The notes beneath the pieces were generated by a model. The model saw nothing but the letters and a program-made list of their open reading frames with translations, searched no databases and was not told the DNA's origin. A stretch of 64,000 nucleotides of DNA, taken from an uncultured Gammaproteobacteria bacterium. Lineage in GTDB: Bacteria; Patescibacteriota; Patescibacteriia; Magasanikbacterales; JBBTXJ01. Of the stretch, positions 1 through 9,300 are shown in pieces. The first letter of the stretch is position 1. Every line of letters begins with the position of its first letter. The stretch is taken from contig CAZSVL010000006.1 of NCBI GenBank assembly GCA_964610305.1, positions 13,973-77,972 on the forward strand, read 5' to 3'. The position numbers were made by a program, and so were the translations under genes.

Positions 1-603
1 CTCCGCGCGATTCCACACGTTAAGATTATTAGATTGGGCACTAAAATGCCGGCCTTTAATCCGTGGCGCACTTTAGGCGATCCTAAACTGCTGGAACTAA
101 TAAGAAAACACTCTACAGCACACCGGCGAATTTACATCATGACCCACTTTGATCACCCGCGCGAGTTGACTCCCGCGGCGTTGGCAGGTATTGATGCGCT
201 TAAGCAGGCTGGAGCAGAAACCGTAAATCAATGCCCGCTTATTAAGGGGGTAAATGACAATGTGCAATGTCTTACTTCGCTTTTTGCGCAACTGTCTTTT
301 ATTGGGTGTTCTCAGTATTATGTTTTTCAAGGAAGGCCAACACAAGGTAATGATCCATACAAGATTCCCATTGTGCGAGCATACAACCTGTTTTCTGCGG
401 CAGTAAAAAGCGTATCTGGCCTGGCCAAACGCGCGCGGTTTATCATGTCGCACGCAACGGGAAAAATTGAAGTGGTAGGTGTTGATGATGAGCATTTATA
501 TATGCGCTACCACCACGCAAAAAATGTAGAGGATGAAGGCCGTTTTATGACCTTCAGAAGAGACGACACCGCCTTTTGGTTTGATCAATTGGCTCCAGTA
601 TAA
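1..603 (+). CDS. Lysine 2,3-aminomutase family radical-SAM protein (KamA/EpmB-like), C-terminal fragment; start lies upstream of the window
   Basis: Translation matches the KamA C-terminal region (THFDHPRELT, LIKGVND, YYVFQGRP motifs). Reading frame is open from position 1. Confidence 0.65.
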   Translation, partial: LRAIPHVKIIRLGTKMPAFNPWRTLGDPKLLELIRKHSTAHRRIYIMTHFDHPRELTPAALAGIDALKQAGAETVNQCPLIKGVNDNVQCLTSLFAQLSFIGCSQYYVFQGRPTQGNDPYKIPIVRAYNLFSAAVKSVSGLAKRARFIMSHATGKIEVVGVDDEHLYMRYHHAKNVEDEGRFMTFRRDDTAFWFDQLAPV

Positions 604-618
604 TTTTGTAGCGTAGAC

Positions 619-647
619 CCGCCGGGCAGTACGGCGGTTTTTTTATT
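619..647 (+). terminator. Rho-independent terminator after the kamA-like gene
   Basis: Stem ccgccg/cggcgg followed by a T-run. Confidence 0.55.
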
Positions 648-1050
648 GTTTTAAGCGTGAGGCGAAGATTTCATTTAGCTGCTTTTCTTCTTGACAAGAT
701 ATCAAAGTTCTGCTACTGTTTTTCTACCAAGCTAAGGCTAGGTATAATGGGTTTGTTGTGGCGATGGAGGTGTTTTGCCGTGAGCAGGGCAAAAGGATTG
801 GACGAGCTTAAAGGGCTTGCCAACCCGGCTCTGCATTACGCAGAGTTGGTAAGGCTAGCTCAGGAGAACTCGCCCAACAAAGCGCAGCAGCTTGCAAGCG
901 GCCGGTGGCCCAGAAGGCAAGCGCGTGCGTGTCGCTTCCTGGCGATCATTCGTCGGGATTTTCCGGAGGCCTTTGAGGCCTTCATTAACCCCCCGTCAGA
1001 GCACGTTCAGGCAGATTCTTCTGCTTTGAGCAAGCTCGAGGAGGAGACAG

Positions 1051-2433
1051 ATGGAAACGCAAGTAAGCCAGGAAGAGCTGCTTAGGCAGCTTAGCTTCAT
1101 TGAAGATCCTGGCAAACAGCTCCAAGAGATGATTAAACGAGGGCTTCTTGATCAGGCAGATAAAAAACTGCGCGATCTGGTGGCCAGCACTGATCGGATT
1201 TACTTTCAGCATCCAAGTCGCATCAACGGTGCGGTGTGCATCGGCAAAGGCAAGTCCAGCAGTAAGTACATTGTCTGCGTGGGCAATCAGCTTGTTGGCC
1301 GAACAGACTTTCCTTCCTTTGCGTTTGATCCCAAGGGACTGCAGCGGCTCTTTGGCTGGACAGACCAGCAGCTCAATGAGTTCATGCAGAGCGTTTTTGT
1401 TCGTGTCATGGGCGTGGTGAGTCCCGATCGTGTTGAGGAGTGCATTGCTTCTTGGGCAGGTTCCTGGGAGGTCAACGCCTTTTACTTGGCTATGAATGAT
1501 CTAGTCCCAGAGGATCATGATCTGCGCTCTCAGCTAGAGTTGTGGCAGCTGCGTGCCGTATTTTTTACCGGGGATTATTTTCTTGTGAAAATGCCTGAGC
1601 AATGGCGCAATGATGTGCTGGGCTGTGAAATCAAAGAAAATCCTTACTCGTATCGGCATTGGCTGAATGCTCACGGCACGCTGCAGCGTATGACTGGGAT
1701 GGCAGAGGCCGTCATTGAGCGCATGCGCGTGCTGGGAATGAGCGATGATCAGATCAGAGAGGATTGCTACACATGGCTGGATCAATACGCGCAAAGGATC
1801 AGCGCTTCGTTGCTGGTGGGGGTTGCTAACGCCTCTGTGTTTGAGTGGGCCGATCAGCGTCGGGCTGAAATCATGAAGCCCATTGCCGTCTATGTGACCA
1901 AGCTTATGCTTGATGGCAACCGGAATGCACAGCCGCAGGTAGTTGCAAGGCTCATTGAAGGTGGCATGCTTCAGAGTGCCGAGGGACGTGCGTGCGCTGC
2001 TTACAAAGAGCATGCGGCGCAGAGTCTTTCTGAGGGGCGTATTGGACTTGTTAGTGAGGTAACCGCCATGGTGGGCGCGTGCTATTTTGAAGAGGAAGAG
2101 CCCTGGGGGCCAGATCCCAAGCTCAAGTTCAGCCTTGAGGAGTGCGCTGCGCGCGCTTTTGATCTGGCTTGGGAGAAGGGTGAGCACGGCATTGCAGCTG
2201 CGTTGGTAAACCAGTTTGGGCCAGAGGCCTGCTTTGACAAGAAGGTGCTCAGGGATCGGCTGCCAGAGATCATGAAGCGCGAGCCCGATGGTCAGTCAAA
2301 AAAAGAAAAGCTCAAGGAGCTGGTTGCTGAGCGTAAGGCGCAAATTAAAAATGTGTGCGACTTGGCAAAAACTATGGGTAAGCCCGCAAGGCTGGATTAC
2401 TCACCTGGGTTTGCGCCTAAGCTAAACGATTAA
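1051..2433 (+). CDS. Hypothetical protein (460 aa)
   Basis: Long ORF with GAGGAGG Shine-Dalgarno 6 nt upstream. No recognisable motif. Higher GC than surrounding DNA. Confidence 0.55.
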   Translation: METQVSQEELLRQLSFIEDPGKQLQEMIKRGLLDQADKKLRDLVASTDRIYFQHPSRINGAVCIGKGKSSSKYIVCVGNQLVGRTDFPSFAFDPKGLQRLFGWTDQQLNEFMQSVFVRVMGVVSPDRVEECIASWAGSWEVNAFYLAMNDLVPEDHDLRSQLELWQLRAVFFTGDYFLVKMPEQWRNDVLGCEIKENPYSYRHWLNAHGTLQRMTGMAEAVIERMRVLGMSDDQIREDCYTWLDQYAQRISASLLVGVANASVFEWADQRRAEIMKPIAVYVTKLMLDGNRNAQPQVVARLIEGGMLQSAEGRACAAYKEHAAQSLSEGRIGLVSEVTAMVGACYFEEEEPWGPDPKLKFSLEECAARAFDLAWEKGEHGIAAALVNQFGPEACFDKKVLRDRLPEIMKREPDGQSKKEKLKELVAERKAQIKNVCDLAKTMGKPARLDYSPGFAPKLND

Positions 2434-2446
2434 TTCTCTTACTGAG

Positions 2447-2477
2447 TGCCCTGTATACTAGTATGCAGGGTTTTTTT
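2447..2477 (+). terminator. Intrinsic terminator
   Basis: Stem ccctg...caggg followed by T7. Confidence 0.6.
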
Positions 2478-2585
2478 GTTGACGAAAGTTTAAAAGCAGC
2501 GCATAGTAGAAACAGGGCAACAAAAGGAGGGATGAAGGTGGACAAGGTAGCTTAGAGAGGGGAGCCATTGTTTTAGGAGGTCACC

Positions 2586-2912
2586 ATGAGGCAAGCGGTA
2601 CTGCTTGTGGTGGCTCTACTGGTTTTGCCGGGTTGCGATTTTCAGGTTGAGGATGCGCAAGTAGACAAGCTGGCGGATAAGGCGGATGTCACCATTGATG
2701 TGGATATTAATGTAAGTAGAGAGTCTTTGGATGAGGTAGAGTTTGCTGCCACCGTAAGCGGAAAGGCAGATGGAGAGGAAATTAAGCAGCAAGAGCTTGA
2801 GCCGGACAAACTGGCAGACATGGTCTGTCAGCTCACCGGCAAGTGTCATGTTCTTACGCCAACAGAGTTTGCTCAGTGCGGCGATGTTGGTGTGCCATCG
2901 GTGGCGCCATAG
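2586..2912 (+). CDS. Small lipoprotein
   Basis: Signal peptide with LPGC lipobox-like cysteine. GGAGG RBS present. Confidence 0.5.
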   Translation: MRQAVLLVVALLVLPGCDFQVEDAQVDKLADKADVTIDVDINVSRESLDEVEFAATVSGKADGEEIKQQELEPDKLADMVCQLTGKCHVLTPTEFAQCGDVGVPSVAP

Positions 2913-2918
2913 TGTACA

Positions 2919-2946
2919 GACCCCCGTGTTTACACGGGTTTTTTTA
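2919..2946 (+). terminator. Intrinsic terminator
   Basis: Stem cccgtg/cacggg followed by T7, immediately followed by the next promoter. Confidence 0.65.
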
Positions 2947-2949
2947 TAC

Positions 2950-2978
2950 TTGACAAGCTATTCGCAATATGTTAGCTT
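2950..2978 (+). promoter_or_regulatory. Sigma70-type promoter of paralog A (TTGACA-N17-TAGCTT)
   Basis: Consensus -35. The same arrangement is duplicated at 4547-4575. Confidence 0.55.
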
Positions 2979-3114
2979 AAAAGAGCTCATCGGGACGCCA
3001 CGAGCATTGAAAATACTTGGTCAGTGACCATTGAAATCGGCGACAGGTTCCCACCTGCGCGCTATTGATCTTTAAAACAGGGACGCCTGAGAGTATTGAT
3101 TGTGAGAGGGAAAA
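2979..3114 (+). promoter_or_regulatory. Conserved 5' leader of paralog A with two GGGACGCC motifs (2992-2999, 3080-3087)
   Basis: Near-identical blocks shared with the 4576-4720 leader. Confidence 0.5.
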
Positions 3115-4515
3115 ATGCAAGAGACCTTTTGGTCAGATGCCAGTGATAAAGGGCTAACAGCAAAGGCGGTGATTTCACCAACGGGCGCTGTTATTGCCAA
3201 GAATTTTGGGTCCAGTGATCCCCTGAGAAATGGAGACATTGGCCTAGAGGTTAGGATTAAGCGAAAGAACGCCCCCGAGCTCTCGGCAGAGCAGAGAATG
3301 GCCGCGCAGGGAGTGGCAGAAGCCATGAGCGATAAGCTCAAGGGTCATTTGGGTCAGGAACGGCCGGCTCATAAATGGCCGCTTGGCGCGGTTGTGAGAG
3401 TTCGCATGGACAACTTTGGTGGCGTGGGCTTTATTGTAGCTCAGAGTGATACGCATTTAGCGCTGATGGATTTCAACGAGGATTGCTCCGCGCTACTGAG
3501 GACGGACTATCCGCTCTCTGCCATTGTCATTGAGCAGCTAGAGCTTCCAGCCAATGGAAAAGCCGGCTTGGCTCTTAGGCAATTGGAAGACCAGGTTGAA
3601 AGGCTTGGGCGGCTTGACTTAGACGAGTTTAAGGGCATTGCCACGCATTTTCGTGGCGATCCTGTTGCCGTTTGTCATGGCGCGCGGTTTGCCGATGGCT
3701 GGGATCAATTGTGTTTTCTCTTTGAGATGCTTAAGGGAGAGGATCCTGAGCATCGCGCCACCTTGATCAGCTTTGCTAAGCCTCATTTTGCGTATGACCT
3801 TTTAAGCAAATTTACTGTTCCAGTCCAAATGGCAGAGGTAGCATTGCTGGGTGGTACACAGGAGAATGAGTCACGTGCAACAGCTGCCATTAAGGTTTTG
3901 ACAGTGTTTCCATCCGATACGGTGATAGGCTCTTGCGGTAGCGCAGCTCTGTTTACCTATTGGAAAAAGATGGGCGAAGGGCGCAGGAATGTCATCTCTA
4001 CTCTCACGCGTAGCGAGAAGTTACACACGGCATATAAGGCTTCATTTTTTTGCTTTGATGTCGCTACCTGTCGCTCTATGCTGAATTCATGCCATGAAAT
4101 GGTTGCTGAAAAGGTTGCAGAAAATCTAGCTTACCTGCTTGACACCGGAATGTGTGCTGGCGAGGACATTAGCCTCAGTGAGCTAAGAGACATGCTGGGT
4201 TTTCTAGCCGATGATTTCGCCGGTGTTGCTAAGCATATAGAGTCTGTTCCTTTTTTGGAAACACTTGCTTCTGATTGCTATTCTGATTTTAAGCAAGCAC
4301 AAAGAGCCATTTCTGATAAGTGGCTACAGCTAACCGGGAATACTGTGCCAAAGAAAGATCACTTTCGTTGGCAGCACGATGAATCCGGCAAATGGTCTGA
4401 AGACGTGTATTGCTATGATTACAACGATCAGAAGGCTTTGGGGATGAGAACGCACTCTTTGGCTCTCACGGATGACGGCCTGCTTGTTCTGGCAAGCGTT
4501 CCTTTCAAAGATTAA
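3115..4515 (+). CDS. Hypothetical protein, paralog A (466 aa)
   Basis: N-terminus (FWxDxxxKGxxAKAVxSPxG...LREGDxGLExR) is clearly homologous to the adjacent ORF 4721..6211. Confidence 0.6.
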   Translation: MQETFWSDASDKGLTAKAVISPTGAVIAKNFGSSDPLRNGDIGLEVRIKRKNAPELSAEQRMAAQGVAEAMSDKLKGHLGQERPAHKWPLGAVVRVRMDNFGGVGFIVAQSDTHLALMDFNEDCSALLRTDYPLSAIVIEQLELPANGKAGLALRQLEDQVERLGRLDLDEFKGIATHFRGDPVAVCHGARFADGWDQLCFLFEMLKGEDPEHRATLISFAKPHFAYDLLSKFTVPVQMAEVALLGGTQENESRATAAIKVLTVFPSDTVIGSCGSAALFTYWKKMGEGRRNVISTLTRSEKLHTAYKASFFCFDVATCRSMLNSCHEMVAEKVAENLAYLLDTGMCAGEDISLSELRDMLGFLADDFAGVAKHIESVPFLETLASDCYSDFKQAQRAISDKWLQLTGNTVPKKDHFRWQHDESGKWSEDVYCYDYNDQKALGMRTHSLALTDDGLLVLASVPFKD

Positions 4516-4521
4516 TTCAGT

Positions 4522-4552
4522 GCCATCCAGTTTTACTGGGTGGCTTTTTTTA
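4522..4552 (+). terminator. Intrinsic terminator
   Basis: Imperfect hairpin followed by T-run. Confidence 0.45.
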
Positions 4553-4575
4553 ATCCTTGACAAATGACCAAAGAT
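4547..4575 (+). promoter_or_regulatory. Sigma70-type promoter of paralog B (TTGACA-N17-TAGCTT)
   Basis: Duplicate of the 2950-2978 promoter. Confidence 0.55.
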
Positions 4576-4720
4576 ATGTTAGCTTACAAGAGCTGCACGG
4601 GACGCCAGCAGTACCGAAAAATACGGCCAGAGGCCACTGAAAACGGCGGCGGGTACCCACCCAGCTGCTACTGATCCTTAAAACAGGGACGCCTGATAAT
4701 GTAAACGGTGAGAGGGAAGC
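4576..4720 (+). promoter_or_regulatory. Conserved 5' leader of paralog B with two GGGACGCC motifs (4589-4596, 4686-4693)
   Basis: Alignable with the 2979-3114 leader. Confidence 0.5.
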
Positions 4721-6211
4721 ATGAGTACGTCATTTTGGGAAGATAGCGGTAGAAAGGGAATGGTTGCAAAAGCAGTTGTTTCTCCTGATGGTACGATTAT
4801 TGCACGAAATCATCATAAAAAGGCTCCGCTCCGCGAAGGAGATGTTGGCCTTGAGATTCGTTTGGATCGTAAAAAGGCAGAGGAGATCACGCCAGAGCAG
4901 CGCATGGGCATGCAGAGTATTGCCGGCGCTATGGCAGATCATCTGCTCGTCTATGTAGGAGCACGTAAAGAGGCTCCTATGTGGGAAGAGGGCAATGTTG
5001 TAGAAGTCACGTGTGATGGCACTACTATCCGCGGCGTGGTTCAGAGGGTTTCGCAAACGCATATCCGGGTAGCAACTTTTAGTGAGGAGTATCATCAAGA
5101 TGAGGAAAAAGCACGTATTGTAACGCGCGATTTCCCCTTGGCTCTGTCTGCAGTTTGGCAGGTGGATGTTCCGCTGCCTGAGTGTGATGGTTTGCCTGGC
5201 CTTGCGCTTGCTACTTTTTTGCAGAACGTTGATGAGTCTTTGCTTCCGTATTTGTTTGAGCATCCTCACCTTGTTGAGTACGTGCTCAAGCATATGAATA
5301 GCCAACGGATTCAGCCAGGTTACTATGTGGGAAAGTACCTTGATTACATTAATGCGGATCATTACGTTGATTTAATCTCTGAGGCTTTTGATAATCGGTT
5401 CCTCAGGCTTATTGGCAGAGCTACTACGGATCAACTCTCGCAGATCGCTTTGCTTGACAAGACTGAAAATGCTGCAGTTGCCAAGCCGCGCAACAAGTAT
5501 CGGACTGCTGCGGTTAGAGCGCTTGTGCAGGAAGATAAGAGCATTGAGCGTCGGCCTTTTGGTAAGCCTACTAGCGTTGCATACCATGACGTATGGCGGG
5601 CATTGACGCCTAACAGAAAGCGCTTGCTTTTGGGTTTGTGCACCGCAGATAGCCCCGCGCTTACTCACGCTATTAAGTACGTGTTTGATTCAGAGGTTTT
5701 ACTTCATCTCTTAAGCGAGGATGTTGGTCTAGTGAACTCGCAGGCTGTAAGTGCTGTACGTAGGAATCTTGGTCACCTCATTAGTATCGGACTTTCTGTG
5801 GAGGTTTTCTTTGGGGGTGAAGATTTTAAAAGGGAGATGTATCGTATTTGGGAGGGTCTGTGTAACTCATCAAGGCCGGGTTTTCTGAGGCAGATAACTG
5901 ATCGCAAGCTTCTGGAAACCATCATCTTCGGCCTAGATAGAGGTGATGGAAATGTAGAAACGGTCTGCGCTCGGTGGATGGAGCTTTCAGAGGATATTCC
6001 CAAGCCTCAAGATGAGGGATCCTTCATCTATAGAGATGACAAAGGTAACTGGCATGGGCCATTTCTGAAGTCTGATGACTACGATCATCTTCTCAGAGAG
6101 AAAAAGTTGACCAGCCTGATGCTGTGCGTAACTCCCGATGGCATTATGAGAATTGCTCGATACGCTCTTGAGATGTCTGATGCTGATCTTTCGTCGTGGG
6201 AAAGGGCATAA
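4721..6211 (+). CDS. Hypothetical protein, paralog B (496 aa)
   Basis: Paralog of 3115..4515. Confidence 0.6.
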   Translation: MSTSFWEDSGRKGMVAKAVVSPDGTIIARNHHKKAPLREGDVGLEIRLDRKKAEEITPEQRMGMQSIAGAMADHLLVYVGARKEAPMWEEGNVVEVTCDGTTIRGVVQRVSQTHIRVATFSEEYHQDEEKARIVTRDFPLALSAVWQVDVPLPECDGLPGLALATFLQNVDESLLPYLFEHPHLVEYVLKHMNSQRIQPGYYVGKYLDYINADHYVDLISEAFDNRFLRLIGRATTDQLSQIALLDKTENAAVAKPRNKYRTAAVRALVQEDKSIERRPFGKPTSVAYHDVWRALTPNRKRLLLGLCTADSPALTHAIKYVFDSEVLLHLLSEDVGLVNSQAVSAVRRNLGHLISIGLSVEVFFGGEDFKREMYRIWEGLCNSSRPGFLRQITDRKLLETIIFGLDRGDGNVETVCARWMELSEDIPKPQDEGSFIYRDDKGNWHGPFLKSDDYDHLLREKKLTSLMLCVTPDGIMRIARYALEMSDADLSSWERA

Positions 6212-6392
6212 AGGAAATCAATAAAATCAGACTCGGCGTCATGTACGTCGGGTTTTTTAATTGTGTATAACTCTAGACGCAAAATGCGCTATAATAACTG
6301 CAATAATTAATTGCAGCAACTTGATGTTTTTTGTGTTCGCCTTTTGGTGGGTAGAAAAAACAACCCCAACGCTGCAGTAACGGAGGTGTGCT

Positions 6393-9300
6393 ATGATTCC
6401 CCTATCGGAATCACACTCATATTGGGTGTGTAACAAAAGCCTTTTTAAAAAGGCATTCTTTGTGGCCAGTATTATGGCTGCTTTTTTATTAATGACCGTT
6501 CCTGTTTTTGCTCAAGAGATTGCAGACAAGGACAATGATGGTATTGCTGATGGCATTGATAATTGTATAGACATTGCCAACGCCCAGCAGATAGATGCGG
6601 ATCAGGATGGAACGGGAGATCTCTGTGATATTGATGATGATAACGACCGCATTGCAGATGGAGAGGACAACTGTCCTACCACTGCAAACCCTAAGCAGGC
6701 GGATACAGATGGTGATGGTGCCGGGGACTTGTGTGATGTAAACACCGATGAAAGCGCCGCGCAGTCTGCAGAGGCGTTGCAGGATGAGAATGTTACGCTA
6801 GAGGACTTAGGCACCATAGAAGCGCGTGTTTTGCCAGACAGTCCTTTGCATTTTTTCAAACGTTTTGGTCGTGGGGTACAAGAGGCTCTTACGTTTGATC
6901 CTGTTAGAGACGCTAAATTAAAATTGCAGCACGCTAACCAGCAACTTTCAGAAACCAAGCAGATGATAGACCAAAAGGGAATGGCTAATGTGGCACCCGC
7001 TGTAGTTAAAAGTGCGGTTAAGAAATATCAAAACAAGCTAGCAGACATTAAGGATGTAGCAGATGCTCTGAAAGCAGAAAAAGTAGACAATCCAGAGGTT
7101 ATAGACAGGTTGCTCAACGATGTAACGGATAAACAGCTTAAACAACAAAAAGTATTAGATAACATTGCTGCGCAGGCACTAGAGGTAAAAAGAAAAGCAA
7201 AAGAAGAGGGCAGAGATATAAGCGATGACGTAGATGGCGTTCTCTCTGGCGTAAAAGACGTTAAACAGAGCGCCATGGAAGATTTTACTGCTACACTGGC
7301 CACGGTTGAAGACTCTGCATCTAATATTGGTGTTAGGGTTACCTCGGTGATGGATCGTCAGAAAGGATCAGAATTTAAAGAGCTTAAAAACTTGGAAATT
7401 TTGGAATCCATGCGCAGAGCAGCTCCGGCAGATGTAAAGGAGGCTATAAGCATAGCCAAGAAAAATACCGTAGAGAAGTTTGAGAAAAATCTGAGGGATC
7501 TGCCAGCCGTAGTAAGAGCTGATAAGTTTGAGAATTACGTAAAGCACGCTACGTCTGACGAGACAAAATTGGTTAAATTGTTAGATGAGATTAAAAAATC
7601 CAGTGGCATACCGGCTGACGTTCTTGATATTTTAGAAGAAGCAAAAGAAATTGCCGTGCGCAGATTTGAAGAAAAGTTGAGTCTGGTAGAAGATGATGTT
7701 GTTCAAGCATCTCTGATTTCCGGATTAAGTGTAGAGGATGATAGCGATATTGATGATTTGATTGTGCTAGAGGACTTTAAAAACCGCATGAAGGTGGGAG
7801 AGAAGCAAAAGGAGTTGATGGATGAAATGCATAACAGATCCATTGATGCCTTTAAGCGCAAATTTACTGACACTGAGTCTGCAGACCAGGCAGAGCTTTT
7901 CAGGAAGCTCTCGCAACAAATGCTTGATAACCCATCTCCTAAGACCTTTAAGCTGATGCAGACGCTAGAGGATGAGGTGCGTTCAGATCCAAGTAAGCGC
8001 GCATTCTTAGATCAGCTAGAGGATGACATGCAGCGCCAGTATGAGAATCAGTACAGAAAAGAAGGGGATAGGTTTATGGATCGTGTAGCCACACTAGACC
8101 CAAGCGATATTGCCATCCTGCAATCGCTAGATTTTGACTCTAATTTTGAGGACCGCTTGGTGAAAAGATCTGCAGAGAAGTATAAGAAACGCATGAAGAA
8201 CATTGTGGTACCAGAAGAGTTTGATACCTTCCGCGAGCGCTTCTTTGATATCCCAGACTTTGTGGTACAAGAAATAAAGAAAAACGACACAGATTTTGAG
8301 CAAGCCATGCAGTTTAAGGTGCGTAAAATGGAAGAAACGCGCGCTGAACGCGAGCGTGAGATTGCAAGGGCCTCACTGGATTATGAAGAAAGAGAGCTTT
8401 GGCACCAAGATGACAGGCAGCGCCAGAGAGAAGACGACGAATTCTGGAGACAGCTCAACAATTCTGATTGGGAAGACTTTGATACCAGAAAGCAGCTTTG
8501 GGATGAAAAAATTAACGACAGATATGACACCATCGATTCCCGTTTTGACAGGCAAAAAGAGCTCTTTGAACAAAAAATGGCTCTTGACCCATGGTGTGAT
8601 GAGGTTTGTAAGCAGATTCAGCTGCAATTCTTAGAACAAGATTTGCGTCACGAGAAAGAGCGCTTGGCAGACGATTTGATACGTGAGCGAAACAGAATTG
8701 AGGCAGAACAAGTGCAGCATCAACAAAATGATCCTCTCTATGGAAAATGTGATTCTCCAGAGAGTTGTGAATATTACTGTAGTACCAATCCTGGCGTGCC
8801 TGGATGTGAGTGGGCTATTCACGTGGATAAAGGTCAAGATTGTGGCCCTGGCGCTTACTGGGATTATGGTAGGCGACAATGTGAGAGCTTTGACAGCCAA
8901 GTATACAGTTGTGAGCCTGGCTACTACTGGGATTATGCTGTGAATGGTTGTACGCCAGATCCATATTATGTTCCACCAACTAACTTTAGAACCTGTGGTT
9001 ACGGCATGTTCTGGAATGAGCAATTTGGTCACTGTGAGAGCGCTGTAACGGTGGTAACGGTGCCGCCATCCGGCGTGCCAGGAGAGCCAGCACCTACGCC
9101 GGGAACTACGTATCCATCTGGCTTCCCGCCAGACACCTACCCAGGGGATGATAGCTATTGTCCATATGAGTACCGCTGGGATAGCTTTTACTCAGAGTGT
9201 GTACCAAGAGACTACCAAGATTGTGGACCAGGCTATTACTATGATTTCTATGACAGAAGATGTCACCGAGATTGGCAAGATTGTGGCCCAGGTTTCTACT

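Noticed and set aside
657-1085. 142-aa ORF upstream of and overlapping the 1051 gene
   Set aside because: Arg-rich and low complexity. It overlaps the RBS and start of the 1051 gene in another frame and has no RBS of its own. More likely a GC-rich untranslated leader.
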